Of a stretch of DNA of 64,000 bases, positions 50,201-60,799 are shown piece after piece. Below the pieces are notes generated by a model, which was given only the letters and a program-made list of their open reading frames with translations, was not told the DNA's origin and searched no databases. The first letter of the stretch is position 1; every line of letters begins with the position of its first letter. The position numbers and the translations under genes were made by a program. The stretch spans positions 9,527,271-9,591,270 of the forward strand of contig NC_052175.1 of the NCBI RefSeq assembly GCF_902713615.1, given 5' to 3'. The stretch is from Scyliorhinus canicula (lineage: Eukaryota).

Positions 50201-53077
50201 AGTGAATGATGCTGTCCTTGAGCCAATTCTGAAAGTTCAATCCAAATTGGGTCAAACTCCCTCAGCTTTCTCTCATGGACCTGCACATTGCTCCCCATTA
50301 AATATTTCTGCAAAGTCCCTTCTGAAAGTAACTATTAAATATGGTTTCGCCGCGTGTTCCAGATAACAAGAACTCTCTGTGTAAATCACAGTCTCCACAT
50401 ATCCCCGCTCTTTGTTGATTATCTTCAATTTGTGTCCCCTTGTTTTCTCACCCACTGCCATTGTGCACTGTTCCAATTAGTTACTCCATCGAAACGTTCT
50501 GGTTGATTGTGGCGTCGATCATTTCTCCTCTTAACATTCTCTTCCGTATGGAGAAGAGTCCAAGCTTCTCCAGTCTCTCCACATTAACTGAAGTGGCTAG
50601 TTCCCAACAAATTTCCTCGGCTCTCTCGGTAGATTTGTGACTTCATCCCCTAAAAAGCTGTGTGCAGCTGATCACAATACTGTTAACGTGGCCAGCCAGT
50701 GCTTTCTGACGCATTTATACACCCCCTTGCTTTTACACGCGATTCTTCAATTTAAAAATTCAATGATTCCGGATGCCTTACACAATTAATTGATCTTTCC
50801 ATTTCCATCTCCAAACATTACTGAATCAGAGAATAATTGCAGCGCAAAAGGAGGCAATTCAGCCCACCAACTCGCTGCTACCTCTTTGCAGCAACAACCC
50901 GCTTAATTCCACCCACCTGCCGCTCCTCTTCCGCCTACACATTCTTCCATTTATCGCCATTCTCCAATTCCCTTTCGATCGCCACTCTCAGGCTGTGTGT
51001 TCCAATGATGAACATTGGTTGTACAGAAGGGTTCACCGTTTTGTTGCTGTTCATTTCTTTCCCAATCACATCACATTTGTATCGCCTGGCACTCCATCCT
51101 TCGGTCACGTGGTACAGATTTTCACTCAAAACTCTGCCTAGATCCCTCCTGATTTTAAACGCCACTATCACATATCTGTTCAAACTTCTCTTCTCCAAGC
51201 AGAACCGTATCAGTGTCTATCGGTTATGCACGTGAATTAATTTTCCCACCCGTGATACCATTCCTTTGAATCTTTTCTGCACTGTCTCTAATACATTCAC
51301 AAGACATTCTGGTGCCCAGATAGGACGTAATACTACAGTTGATGCTGAACTAGAGCTTTGTTAATGTTCATCACAGCTCCCTTCTTCTTCTAATCTCTGA
51401 CATATTGCTAATGTCGAGAGCTTTGCCCCTGTCATTTGTTTGAGACAATAAAGCTCCGATTCGCCTGTCCAAGTAAAGTCTGTGTGATACACTTGGGACA
51501 AATTCTGAAAATGACATTTATGTGAAGTGTTAGACCCAGAGTTTAATGTTCTAAAACATTACATGACACAGGAAGCAGGATTAAACCAATAAAGCAGATA
51601 TTACACGGATGATGGGTTCTAGAAAATGAGATTCAGAGAAAGTAAATGAAGTCTCAGAAAACAAGTCATTTTTAGACAAAAATTTCCACTTTTTTCTGGT
51701 TTCTGTTTGTGAAGCCCATCCAGTGGAGAACTGATCACAACTCCATTCCAAAGCCCACTGCGTAAAAAGGGCGGTTGGTGCAAGTTCAATAACTTCGGAA
51801 AGGAAAACCAGATTCTAGTTTCAACGGAAAGTGTGACAAAGCTATCGGGATAAATATTGGAAAGCCTTTGTTTTTATTTAACAGGCTTCAGAGTCTTAGC
51901 TTCGAGCTAATCGTTCTTATTGATTATAACTTGAATTCAAACCATCATTGTGAAGATCGCCAACTCACCTGTCCTTGTCTCTGCTGCTTTGGGGAACAAC
52001 ACGCTCTTCGTCCAATTTTTGTTTGGAGACCCCAGTTGAACGATACAAGTGCAGACAGCGCCGTTACTCCACATATCCATCGACACCATGATCTGACTGG
52101 TGATGCTGTAGGTCCCGTCCTCCTCCAGTGTACCGGGATCGCTCGATCCATCGGTTACCAGGCCGGAAATATTCCAGAAAATAACAATCCGGTTCGAAGA
52201 AAGTCCACTAACCAAACACACCAAGGGGACGGTTTCCCTGGAATTCCCCTCCCGCTGTGGCACAAATATCAGCATCGCCGTCTTATTGGTGGAACTGTCT
52301 GCACACAGATTGAAACATAGTCAACGATTGATTCACACAAAAAGATAATACCGTGCATGATCAGAATTCATTTCAATTGTTCTCTTACCTCCAACCAGTA
52401 GTGTAGCTGCTTTCTGGAGCGGTGCATAGATATACATATAAGCACAGTAGTAGGAACCCGAATCATTCGCCTGGACATTGCGGATTTCCAGAATCAGTAT
52501 ATTTTTGCTGTTGCCTTTTTTAGAAATGAACTTACAATCCGCCCCGTTACAGGATGAAATGTCGATTGCTTTCGGTGCTTCACCCTCTCCTTGTTTATAC
52601 CAGCCATAGCTAGACACCAATTCCACTTCGTAACTGTGATGACAGGATAATTCCACCATCTGCCCGACTTCAGCAATCATTGGGACGGGGATGTGAGACA
52701 GAGTGGACTCGGAGTCTGTAACCAGAGAGATTATTGGTTCGTTATCAATGATTATTGAGAGATTGGAAACATCCGCTTTGAAACGCTTCAGCTGTAATTA
52801 AAGAACAATCTCATTGCTGTTTTACAGTGATTTTGGTGAGATTTATAATTCAATTTATTTTTGCTTCGGTTTTGTAGGAGAAAGCAGTAAACACACTGGC
52901 ACTAACTTGTGAAATCCCTTCACCTGATCAGTGGATCACAGTTTTATTTCAAGAAACACGCATTCTCACATTTTACTGAACGAAGGGAATTCCGGTTATA
53001 TTTCCCACCGCCGCTTACTCACCGTCACCCCTCATCACGAGGAAAATGAGGATCAGGGGGAAATGTTCCTTCGCCAT
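47201..53077 (-). CDS. Non-rearranging antigen-receptor-like IgSF receptor: leader-V(J)-C1-TM-cytoplasmic tail with YxxL; 8 exons, 340 aa
   Basis: Exons 53077-53023, 52715-52389, 52298-51969, 49660-49559, 49459-49429, 49191-49145, 48698-48649 and 47281-47201 all have GT-AG boundaries and join in one open frame (1023 nt) from ATG to TGA; Ig-type phase-1 introns flank L, V, C1 and TM. Confidence 0.85.
47400..47590 (-). mobile_element. CR1 3' tail in the last intron
   Basis: Near-identical to 23095-23265. Confidence 0.75.
48649..48698 (-). CDS. Exon 7, cytoplasmic (50 nt)
   Basis: Acceptor ttttgcattctttaatacctag, donor CGG|GTAAGT; open only when entered in phase 1, exits in phase 0. Confidence 0.65.
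49145..49191 (-). CDS. Exon 6, cytoplasmic (47 nt)
   Basis: Acceptor cttcttgtccttgttccgttttag, donor CGG|GTACGT; phase 2 to 1, open. Confidence 0.65.
49429..49459 (-). CDS. Exon 5, cytoplasmic (31 nt)
   Basis: Acceptor tttcttctttcag, donor AAA|GTAAGT; phase 1 to 2. Confidence 0.7.
49559..49660 (-). CDS. Exon 4, transmembrane (GWCSRALPAFITVLVVLLLLLILLSIRICKGGRS)
   Basis: Acceptor ttgttttgtctctgcag, 21 uncharged residues, donor G|GTGAGG. Confidence 0.85.
49822..50143 (-). mobile_element. V-SINE in intron 3
   Basis: Head ggcggcacggcagcacagtagttagc, V core and tail. Confidence 0.85.
50150..51400 (-). mobile_element. Highly decayed CR1 3' fragments in intron 3
   Basis: Remnant CR1 C-terminal motifs (RGHKLKI..K; acagagagcgccgaggaaattt); boundaries uncertain. 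Confidence 0.5.
51969..52298 (-). CDS. Exon 3, C1-set domain
   Basis: VPLVCLVSGL, IVIFWNISG, DGTYSITSQIMV, WSNGAVCTCIV; 330 nt, phase 1-1. Confidence 0.92.
52389..52715 (-). CDS. Exon 2, V-set domain including the G (J-like) strand
   Basis: VELSC, YGWYKQ, LEIRNVQANDSGSYYC, then LQKAATLLVG with donor G|GTAAGA; 327 nt, phase 1-1. Confidence 0.92.
53023..53077 (-). CDS. Exon 1, signal peptide (MAKEHFPLILIFLVMRGD)
   Basis: ATG, hydrophobic core, phase-1 donor G|GTGAGT. Confidence 0.85.
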
Positions 53078-53234
53078 CTTGAGCCGGAGACTGTTCCCCG
53101 TTTTCGCTCTCACTCGCTTGTGACTGCGGCCGTAGTGGCCACAGACTGATACGAGCTCAGGGCCAAATCCGATGGAAATGATGACGATCTGTTCTCTGGA
53201 AAGTATGACACCATTCGGTGAGCAATGCCTTAGT

Positions 53235-53345
53235 GAAAATGACGTTCATTTGCACTGCTCTCACCGCCTTGGTGTCACAGCTGATAAGAAACAGAAGACC
53301 TTACAACAATCTGATTGGCTGTAGTTCAGAGGGCTGGGCGGAATA
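53235..53345 (-). promoter_or_regulatory. Candidate proximal promoter of the V-C1 gene
   Basis: Within 110 bp: GC box (53336-41), CCAAT/Y box ctgattgg (53311-18), GATA tgataa (53282-87), octamer-like atttgcac (53248-55) and CRE-like tgacgt (53240-45), 160-265 bp upstream of the ATG. Confidence 0.5.
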
Positions 53346-54047
53346 ATGACTTCAGGGGTCTATGCTAAATATTGTAGTTAGTAATTAACTCAAGTTTAAC
53401 CATTCCAGATTGTCATTGGGATGATGTTGCTGATCCAACTTATAAAACATCTACCAGGCCGTCCCTCACCCTTGACTTCGCCAGTTAAAAATTTCCAGCC
53501 TGTTCCCTATTTCTAGTTATTTATGACATTTCGGCCCTGCTCTCATTCTTGTAAATCCTGTTTGCTCCATTGCCAATATCCTTTTTGTAATTGTGGTGGG
53601 GGGAGGGGAGGGGGAGGGGGCAGGAATTTGCAGTTAGCCCAATTATTGCAAACGAGGACCCATATGTAAAAACAATTCAACAGAATCAGAATCATTTTCT
53701 TCCGTAGCCTTCTGTGTGTTTTCGAATGTCACCAACAAGATCATGAAAATGGGCGTTGCTTTAGAATTATTCACAGATCCAATAAACCAAACATTTGAGT
53801 AGCATCAGGGACAGATCTGAACCTTGGGCCTCTCGTCAACTGGGTTGTATTTCGATTCTCAGCCGCGTTCACATTCGCACATTCTGCTGTTGAGTGAGTG
53901 GCTTATTTTTAAAACAAAATTTCGAGCAGAAACGACTTGCATTCAGCGTTCCCAAAGGGTTAAGTTAAAAGCATTTCCCCTTTGGGTAAATTGTAGACAA
54001 CGTTACTAAACGGAGAAGAGGGAAGATACTCGAGTAAATTAGCCTGC

Positions 54048-55530
54048 ATGCCATCTAGGTCATCATTGGCTACAGGAATAGTGCCAGAGGACTGGAGGAT
54101 AGCAAATGTGGTCCCTTTGTTCAAGAAGGGGAGTAGAGATAACCCCGGTAACTATAGGCCGGTGAGCCTAACGTCTGTGGTGGGTAAAGTCTTGGAGAGG
54201 ATTATAAAAGATACGATTTATAATCATCTAGATAGGAATAATATGATTAGGGACAGTCAGCATGGTTTTGTGAAGGGTAGGTCATGCCTCACCAACCTTA
54301 TCGAGTTCTTTGAGAAGGTGACTGAACAGGTAGACGAGGGTAGAGCAGTTGATGTGGTGTATATGGATTTCAGTAAAGCGTTTGATAAGGTTCCCCACGG
54401 TCGGCTGTTGCAGAAAATACGGAGGCTGGGGATTGAGGGTGATTTAGAGATGTGGATCAGAAATTGGCTAGTTGAAAGAAGACAGAGAGTGGTAGTTGAT
54501 GGGAAATGTTCAGAATGGAGTTCAGTTACGAGTGGCGTACCACAAGGATCTGTTCTCGGGCCGTTGCTGTTTGTCATTTTTATAAATGACCTAGAGGAGG
54601 GCGCAGAAGGAGGGGTGAGTAAATTTGCAGACGACACTAAAGTCGGTGGAGTTGTAGACAGTGCGGAAGGATGTTGCAGGTTACAGAGGGACATAGATAA
54701 GCTGCAGAGCTGGGCTGAGAGGTGGCAAATGGAGTTTAATGTGGAGAAGTGTGAGGTGATTCACTTTGAAAAGAATAACAGAAATGCGGAATATTTGGCT
54801 AATGGTAAAATTCTTGGTAGTGTGGATGAGCAGAGGGATCTCGGTGTCCATGTACATAGATCCCTGAAAGTTGCCACCCAGGTTGATAGCGTTGTGAAGA
54901 AGGCCTATGGTGTGTTGGCCTTTATTGTTAGAGGGATTGAGTTCCGGAGCCATGAGGTCATGTTGCAGTTGTACAAAACTCTAGTACGGCCGCATTTGGA
55001 ATATTGGGTACAGTTCTGGTCGCCTCATTATAGGAAGGACGTGGAAGCTTTGGAACGGGTGCAGAGGAGATTTACCAGGATGTTGCCTGGTATGGAGGGA
55101 AAATCTTATGAGGAAAGGCTGATGGACTTGAGGGTGTTTTCGTTAGAGAGAAGAAGGTTAAGAGGTGACTTAATAGAGGCATACAAAATGATCAGAGGGT
55201 TAGATAGGGTGGACAGCGAGAGCCTTCTCCCGCGGATGGAGGTGGCTAGCACGAGGGGACATAGCCTTAAATTGAGGGGTAATAGATATAGGACAGAGGT
55301 CAGAGGTGGGTTTTTTACGCAAAGAGTGGTGAGGCCGTGGAATGCCCTACCTGCAACAGTAGTGAACACGCCAACATTGAGGGCATTTAAAAATATATTG
55401 GATAAGCATATGGATGATAAGGGCATAGTGTAGGTTAGATGGCCTTTAGATTTTTTCCATGTCGGTGCAACATCGAGGGCCGAAGGGCCTGTACTGCGCT
55501 GTATCGTTCTATGTTCTATGTTCTATGTTC
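54048..55530 (+). mobile_element. Young 5'-truncated CR1 (HER1-like) LINE with an uninterrupted 461-aa RT/C-terminal ORF
   Basis: ORF 54048-55433 has complete RT motifs (GRSCLTNL, DFSKAFDKVPH, GVPQGSVLGP, KFADDTK); the 3' tail gggccgaagggcctgt..(ttctatg)n is shared with the V-SINEs. Confidence 0.95.
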
Positions 55531-55904
55531 GGAAAGTCGCGACTAAAGGTTACTGGTGGTCGACATTACCAATGCAATGCCCCGCATTTTCCTCAAGATA
55601 TGCCGCAAGAAACATTTGGAAATAATTATCAGTGGAAATTCAGTGCATGCCGGTCAGAGAACATGACTTAGAAGCTGCAAGAAGGAAACATATTAGAGGA
55701 GAGAAATTAAGAAAGTATTTCTTTCTAAATACAAATATTAGCATTTATCTTCTGACGAAAGAAAGAGGTCACCAATTTCTTTTCGTTCGTTCATAGGATG
55801 TGACCATCGCTGGTCAGTGCGGCATTCGTTGTCCATCCCTAAATGTCTCTACATTATGAGAGGAATAGACAGGGTGGAAACGCAGTCTTTCTCGAAGGGT
55901 GGAC

Positions 55905-55980
55905 GGAATGGGTTGGTTTAGCACAGGGCTAAATAGCTGGCTTTTAAAGCAGACCAAGTAAGGCCAGCAGAACGGTTCAA
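55905..55980 (+). mobile_element. Second SINE family, 5' half
   Basis: gttggtttagcacagggctaaatagctggcttttaaagcagaccaag matches the heads at 19601 and 27607. Confidence 0.75.
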
Positions 55981-56339
55981 TGTCGGCACACAAACCTATA
56001 GGCTTGTTTCTCCAGGGGTTTGATCCAGGGACAGTAAAGGAATGGCGATAAAGTCCCAGGCCACTGTGCGGTTAGGAGGAAAATTGGTGTCTTGTTCCCA
56101 TCTCCCTTCGTGTGTTGCCGTGTTCTCTGTTTGTCGACATTTCACAGTGTGATCCCAGTGAGACGCTCATGAAGACATTGTGCAATTGTGAATAAAGTTA
56201 GGGATCAGTTAATTTTATTCAAATCTCGGACAGGGCAGGGAAATTGGAAATCGGTATAACATTAATTAACGCACTGTTAATGGGCAAGAATGTGCACCCG
56301 CCTGTTCTCTGTTTCGATGAATCAACTCTGGGTGGTAAC

Positions 56340-57190
56340 CCCGCATTCTGTCGGTAACTTCACATTGAGTGCCAGTGTGTGACCTCTGAATGCAGTTCTG
56401 TGGGTGAAGCGCCTCAACTGTAAAAAACAGGAAAACCACAGAGAGCTTTTGGCTCGAACACCATTTTCCATCTCAAGCAGAGAGTGGTCACAATCTCGGG
56501 CACTGATATCCAGACCTCAATGCGCTTTGCAAAGCTCCAAATTGGCTGTGGGCGAGGTATTTTTAACGCTCACAGCAAACAGTTGCGGTCACAGACAATG
56601 CGCCTCGTTGCTGCCAGACCCGCTCTCTGCTGAAAGCTCTACTCCCCCGTTCCTTCGCAATGGAAGGTCAAGCATTTCAGCAGTAAAGGTCAAACTCTGA
56701 GTACGGTTAATTTCACAACTCATGCTGCCAGTTATTCCTGTAACCAGACTCTTCACAACAAACTGAATGTATCTCGCTCTTGTCTCCCACATTCCATTCC
56801 TCACCAGTCTGCTGAATATTCCGTGACTTCGGTTCCTGAGGTGTCTTTAAGAGAATTTTCAGCACGGATTTTCCTGCTTTGTGTTCAGAATTGGGTCATG
56901 TTTCCTCTGAGATATTCCCATAAAGAATCTTTTGACACAGCAGCAGTTTCTAATTGTTTTGTCTCTGTCAGGATTGAGCATTTTTATCCTTTGCCGATAC
57001 TGCCTCGATGATCCGGCGTAGAATATTCATCCTCATTTGGATTTGGAGTTCATGTTGTGGCTGATCGGGTAAATATTGATGATTAACACCGATATTTTAA
57101 TGAACGTTTGTTTAATGTCCATTGTTTAAAGTACTGGTTGCGTTTATTATTTCAGAAAACCGAATGAACAGATCCCACAGTGAAAAGCCA
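56340..57190 (+). pseudogene. Decayed inverted paralog of the V-C1 gene (probable C1 remnant, TM exon 56972-57068, first tail exon 57156-57190)
   Basis: The TM acceptor region gcagtttctaattgttttgtctctgtcag|gattg matches the intact gene's gcagattctaattgttttgtctctgcag|gatgg; the exon end ggctgatcgg|gt matches ggcagatcag|gt; a short exon with a GTAAGT donor follows after an 87-nt intron. The TM exon is frameshifted with a stop. The C1 match (ISSREWS vs VSMDMWS) is weaker. Confidence 0.6.
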
Positions 57191-57239
57191 GTAAGTAAAG
57201 TGTTTTTTAAGCCCCTTCACTGACATCAGTATGTAACTC

Positions 57240-59525
57240 GTCCAACTCGGGAAGGGGCGATACTGGACCTGGTATTGGGGAATGATCCCGGCCAGGTGGT
57301 TGAATTTCAGTTGGTAATTACTTTGGGACAAGCGATCACAATTCGGTAAGTTTTAGAATACTCATGGACAAAGACGAAAGTGGTCCTAAAGTAAGAGTGC
57401 TAAATGGGAAAGGCCAAGTATATCAAAATTCGGCAGGAGCTAGGGAATGTTGATTGTGAAGAGTTTTTAAGGGTAAATCCGCATTTGAAATGTGGACCTT
57501 TTAATGAAAGGATGATTAGAGTGCAGGATAGAAATGTCCCTGTGAAAATAAGGGATAGAAATGGCATGATTAGGGAACCATCGACGAAGGGTGGAATTGC
57601 GAGTCTAGCTCAGATGAAAAAGGAAGCATACGTAAGATATAGGCGACTTAAAACTGATGAAGCTTTGGAGGAATATCAGGACAGTAGGACAAATCTCAAA
57701 AGTGCAATAAAGAGGGCTCAAAGGGGTCATGTGATATATTTGGTTAACATGGTGACGGAACATCGCAAAGAATTTTATTCGTCTGTAAGGAGCAAGAGGG
57801 TAACTACAGAAAGGATTGGCCCACTCAAAGACAAAAGATGGTTTTCTTGCGTGGACTCAGAGGAAATGGTTGTGATTCTTTGCATCGGTATTCAGCAGGA
57901 TAGGGATGAATGTTTAAATATTCTAGGTCAAGTCGGCATAATGAAGGGGGCAGTTTTGGGTATTCTAAAACGCATCATGTTGGACAAGTCCCCAGGTCCG
58001 GATGGGATCTATCCCATGTTACAGAGGGAAGCGAGGGACGAAATAGCTGGGACCTCAACAGATATCTTTTCAGCATCCTTGAGCACGAGTGAGGTCCCGG
58101 AGGACTGGAGAATTACTGACATTGTCCCTTTGTTTAAGAAAGGTAGCAGGGATTATCCAGGGAATTGTAGACCTGTGAGCTTGACGTCAGTGGTAGGCAA
58201 ACTGTTGGAGAAGATACTGAGGGATAAGATCCATTCACATTTGGAAGAAAATAGACTTATCATTGATTGGCAGCATGGCGTTGTACAGGTAAGGTCATGT
58301 ATTTCAAACCTAATAGAATTAGTGACAAAGTTAATTGATGAGGGAAGGGCAGTAGATGTCATATACATAGACTTCAGTTCGGCGTTTGATAAAGTTTCCC
58401 ATGGCAGGTTGATGGAAAAAGTGAAGTTGTATGGGGTTCAGGGTGCACTAGGTAGATGGATAAATAACTGGCTGGGCAACAGGTGACAGAGAATAGTGGT
58501 GGAAGGGAGTATCTCAAAATGGAGAAGGGTGACTAGTGGTGTTCCACAGGTATACGTGCTCGGACCACTGTTGTTTGTGATCTACATAAATGATCTGGAC
58601 GAAGATACAGGTGGTCTGATTAGTAAGTTTGCAGATGATACTAAGATTGATGGAGTTGCAGATAGTGAGAGAGTCTGTCAGAGGATACAGCAAAATATAG
58701 ATAGATTGCAGAGTTGGACAGAGAAATGGCATATGGAGTTCAATCCAGGCAAATGCGAGGTGATGCATTTTGGAAGATCTATTTCAAGAGCGGACTATAC
58801 TGTCAATGGTAGAGTCCTTGGGAGAATTGATGTACAGAGAGATTTGGGTTCATGTCCATTGTACCTGGAAGGTGGCAACGCAGGTCGATAGAGTGGTCAA
58901 GAAGGCATACAGCATGCTTGCCTTCATCGGACGGGGTATTGAGTACAAGAGTCGGCAGGTCATGTTACAGTTGTACAGGACTTTGGTTCGGCCACATTTG
59001 GAAAACTGCATGCAGTTCTGGTCGCCACATCTAGTGCTTTAGAGAGCGTGCAGAGGAGGTTCACCAGGATGTTTCCTGGAATGGAGGGTACTAGCTATGA
59101 AGAATGTTTGAGTAGATTAGGATTGTTTTCGTTGGAAAGACGAAGGTTGAGGGTGGACTTGATTGAAGTCTACAAAATTATGAGAGGTATGGACAGGGTA
59201 GACAGCAACAAACTTTTTGCAAGAGTGGGGGTGTCAATTACAAAGGGCCACGCTTTCAAGGTGTAACGGGGAAAGTTTAAGGGAAATGTACGTGGAAAGT
59301 GTTTTGCGCAGAGGGTGGTGACTGCCTGGTACGCTTTGCCAGCGGAGGTGGTAGAGGCGGGCACGATAGCGTCATTTAAGTTGCATCTCGACAGATATAT
59401 GAACGGGCCGGGAACAGAGGGAAGTAGATCCTTGGAAAACAGGCGACAGGTTTACATAAATGATCTGCATCGGCGCAAGCTGGGAGGGTCGAAGGGCCTG
59501 TTCCCGTGCTGTAATTCTCTTCGTC
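57240..59525 (+). mobile_element. CR1 LINE, 5'-truncated, decayed ORF2 to 3' tail
   Basis: ORFs 57404-58486 and 58496-58891 carry CR1 RT motifs; tail gaagggcctgttcccgtgctgtaattctct. Confidence 0.92.
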
Positions 59526-59689
59526 TTTTGTTATTTCTATTATCACTGTATTTATAACTGTTTCAGAAACCAGTTTATTCCCAAAGCCATTTCCATGGTA
59601 TTGATGCTTTAATATTTCCCACGACCCTTCATGATTTATTCTGATATGAATTAATAATTCCGATTGTCTTTTATTAACTGAGCAGACGC

Positions 59690-60700
59690 AAAATGGCCAG
59701 AGCAAATTGCAACACGAAGAGGCCATTCGGCCACTCGAGCCTGCTCTGATATTCAACAAGATCGTAGCTGACCTGATTTTTGACCTTATCTCCATCCGCC
59801 TGTCTGCCTCCCTAAAATCCTGGACTCCATTTTTACTTCAATCTGCTCTAATTCAGTCTTGACAATATTCAATGGCTCCGCCCCCACTTCCCTGTGGGAA
59901 CGGGAGTTTCTAACTGAGAGAAGACATTCATCCTCGTCCCCCTCTTCCCTCGGAAACTGTGTTCCCTGCTTCAATATTCCTTCACTAGAGAACACATCTT
60001 TCCAATATTTACTGTGGCAATCGTTTGGGAATTCTATCTGTTTTAAGGACGAAAATACGTAGAAGGAGCAGGAATGTGCTATTCTTCCTCTCGACTCCGC
60101 TCCACTGTTTAATCAGACCATGTCTGATCTGATAGTAACCTCAGTTCTGCATAAGGCCTTCTCCCAATCACATCTGGACTCACTGCTTACAATGAAAATA
60201 TCAATCTCTGCCTTAAAAGGTTTCAAAGATACTCCTTCAATCCCCTTTGAAAGGAAGGAAGTTATCAAGACTCGCGATCCTCTCAGAGTAAACAAAACAT
60301 CCTCATTTTCCTTTCTAACGGCGGACCCATTATTTTGAAACAGTGACCCCCCCCCCCCCCAATTATAGATTCTCCTCCAAGAGAAAAAACCTTCTCCACA
60401 TGCTCCTTTTCAAGACCCTTCTGGATCTGATAAGTTTCAATAAAGTCGCCTCTTTCTCTTTACATTCTAGTGGATATGATACATATGACCATTCCAACTT
60501 TCCGTCATGGGACGCATTCCGGATATTATTCTGATACATTTCTGTGAATGACTTCCAACGCATTTACATCCTTCCATAAATAAAGTGACCAATGTGGTCC
60601 AGAGTACTCCAAATGTTGTCTAGCTCGTACAACTGAAGTGTAAACGCCCTAATTTTTTATTGACTGCTCTTCTCAGTAAAGGAAAACGTTCTGGTTAGAT
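59690..60700 (-). mobile_element. Old decayed CR1 3' fragments
   Basis: gaggccattcggccactcgagcctgctctgatattcaacaagatc and further antisense CR1 remnants; boundaries uncertain. Confidence 0.5.
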
Positions 60701-60799
60701 TTCCCAATTACTTGCTGTGCCTGCCCATTGTGATTCATGCGCTAGAACACACAGATGTATCGCACCTCAGAGATTTGCAATCTCTCATCGTCTTGATGT

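Noticed and set aside
52716-52791. Upstream acceptor at about 52791 as an extension of the V exon or a mini-exon
   Set aside because: An in-frame TGA lies before the V domain, and the only internal donor (GAT|GTTTCC) is poor; the 52715 acceptor gives an open frame.
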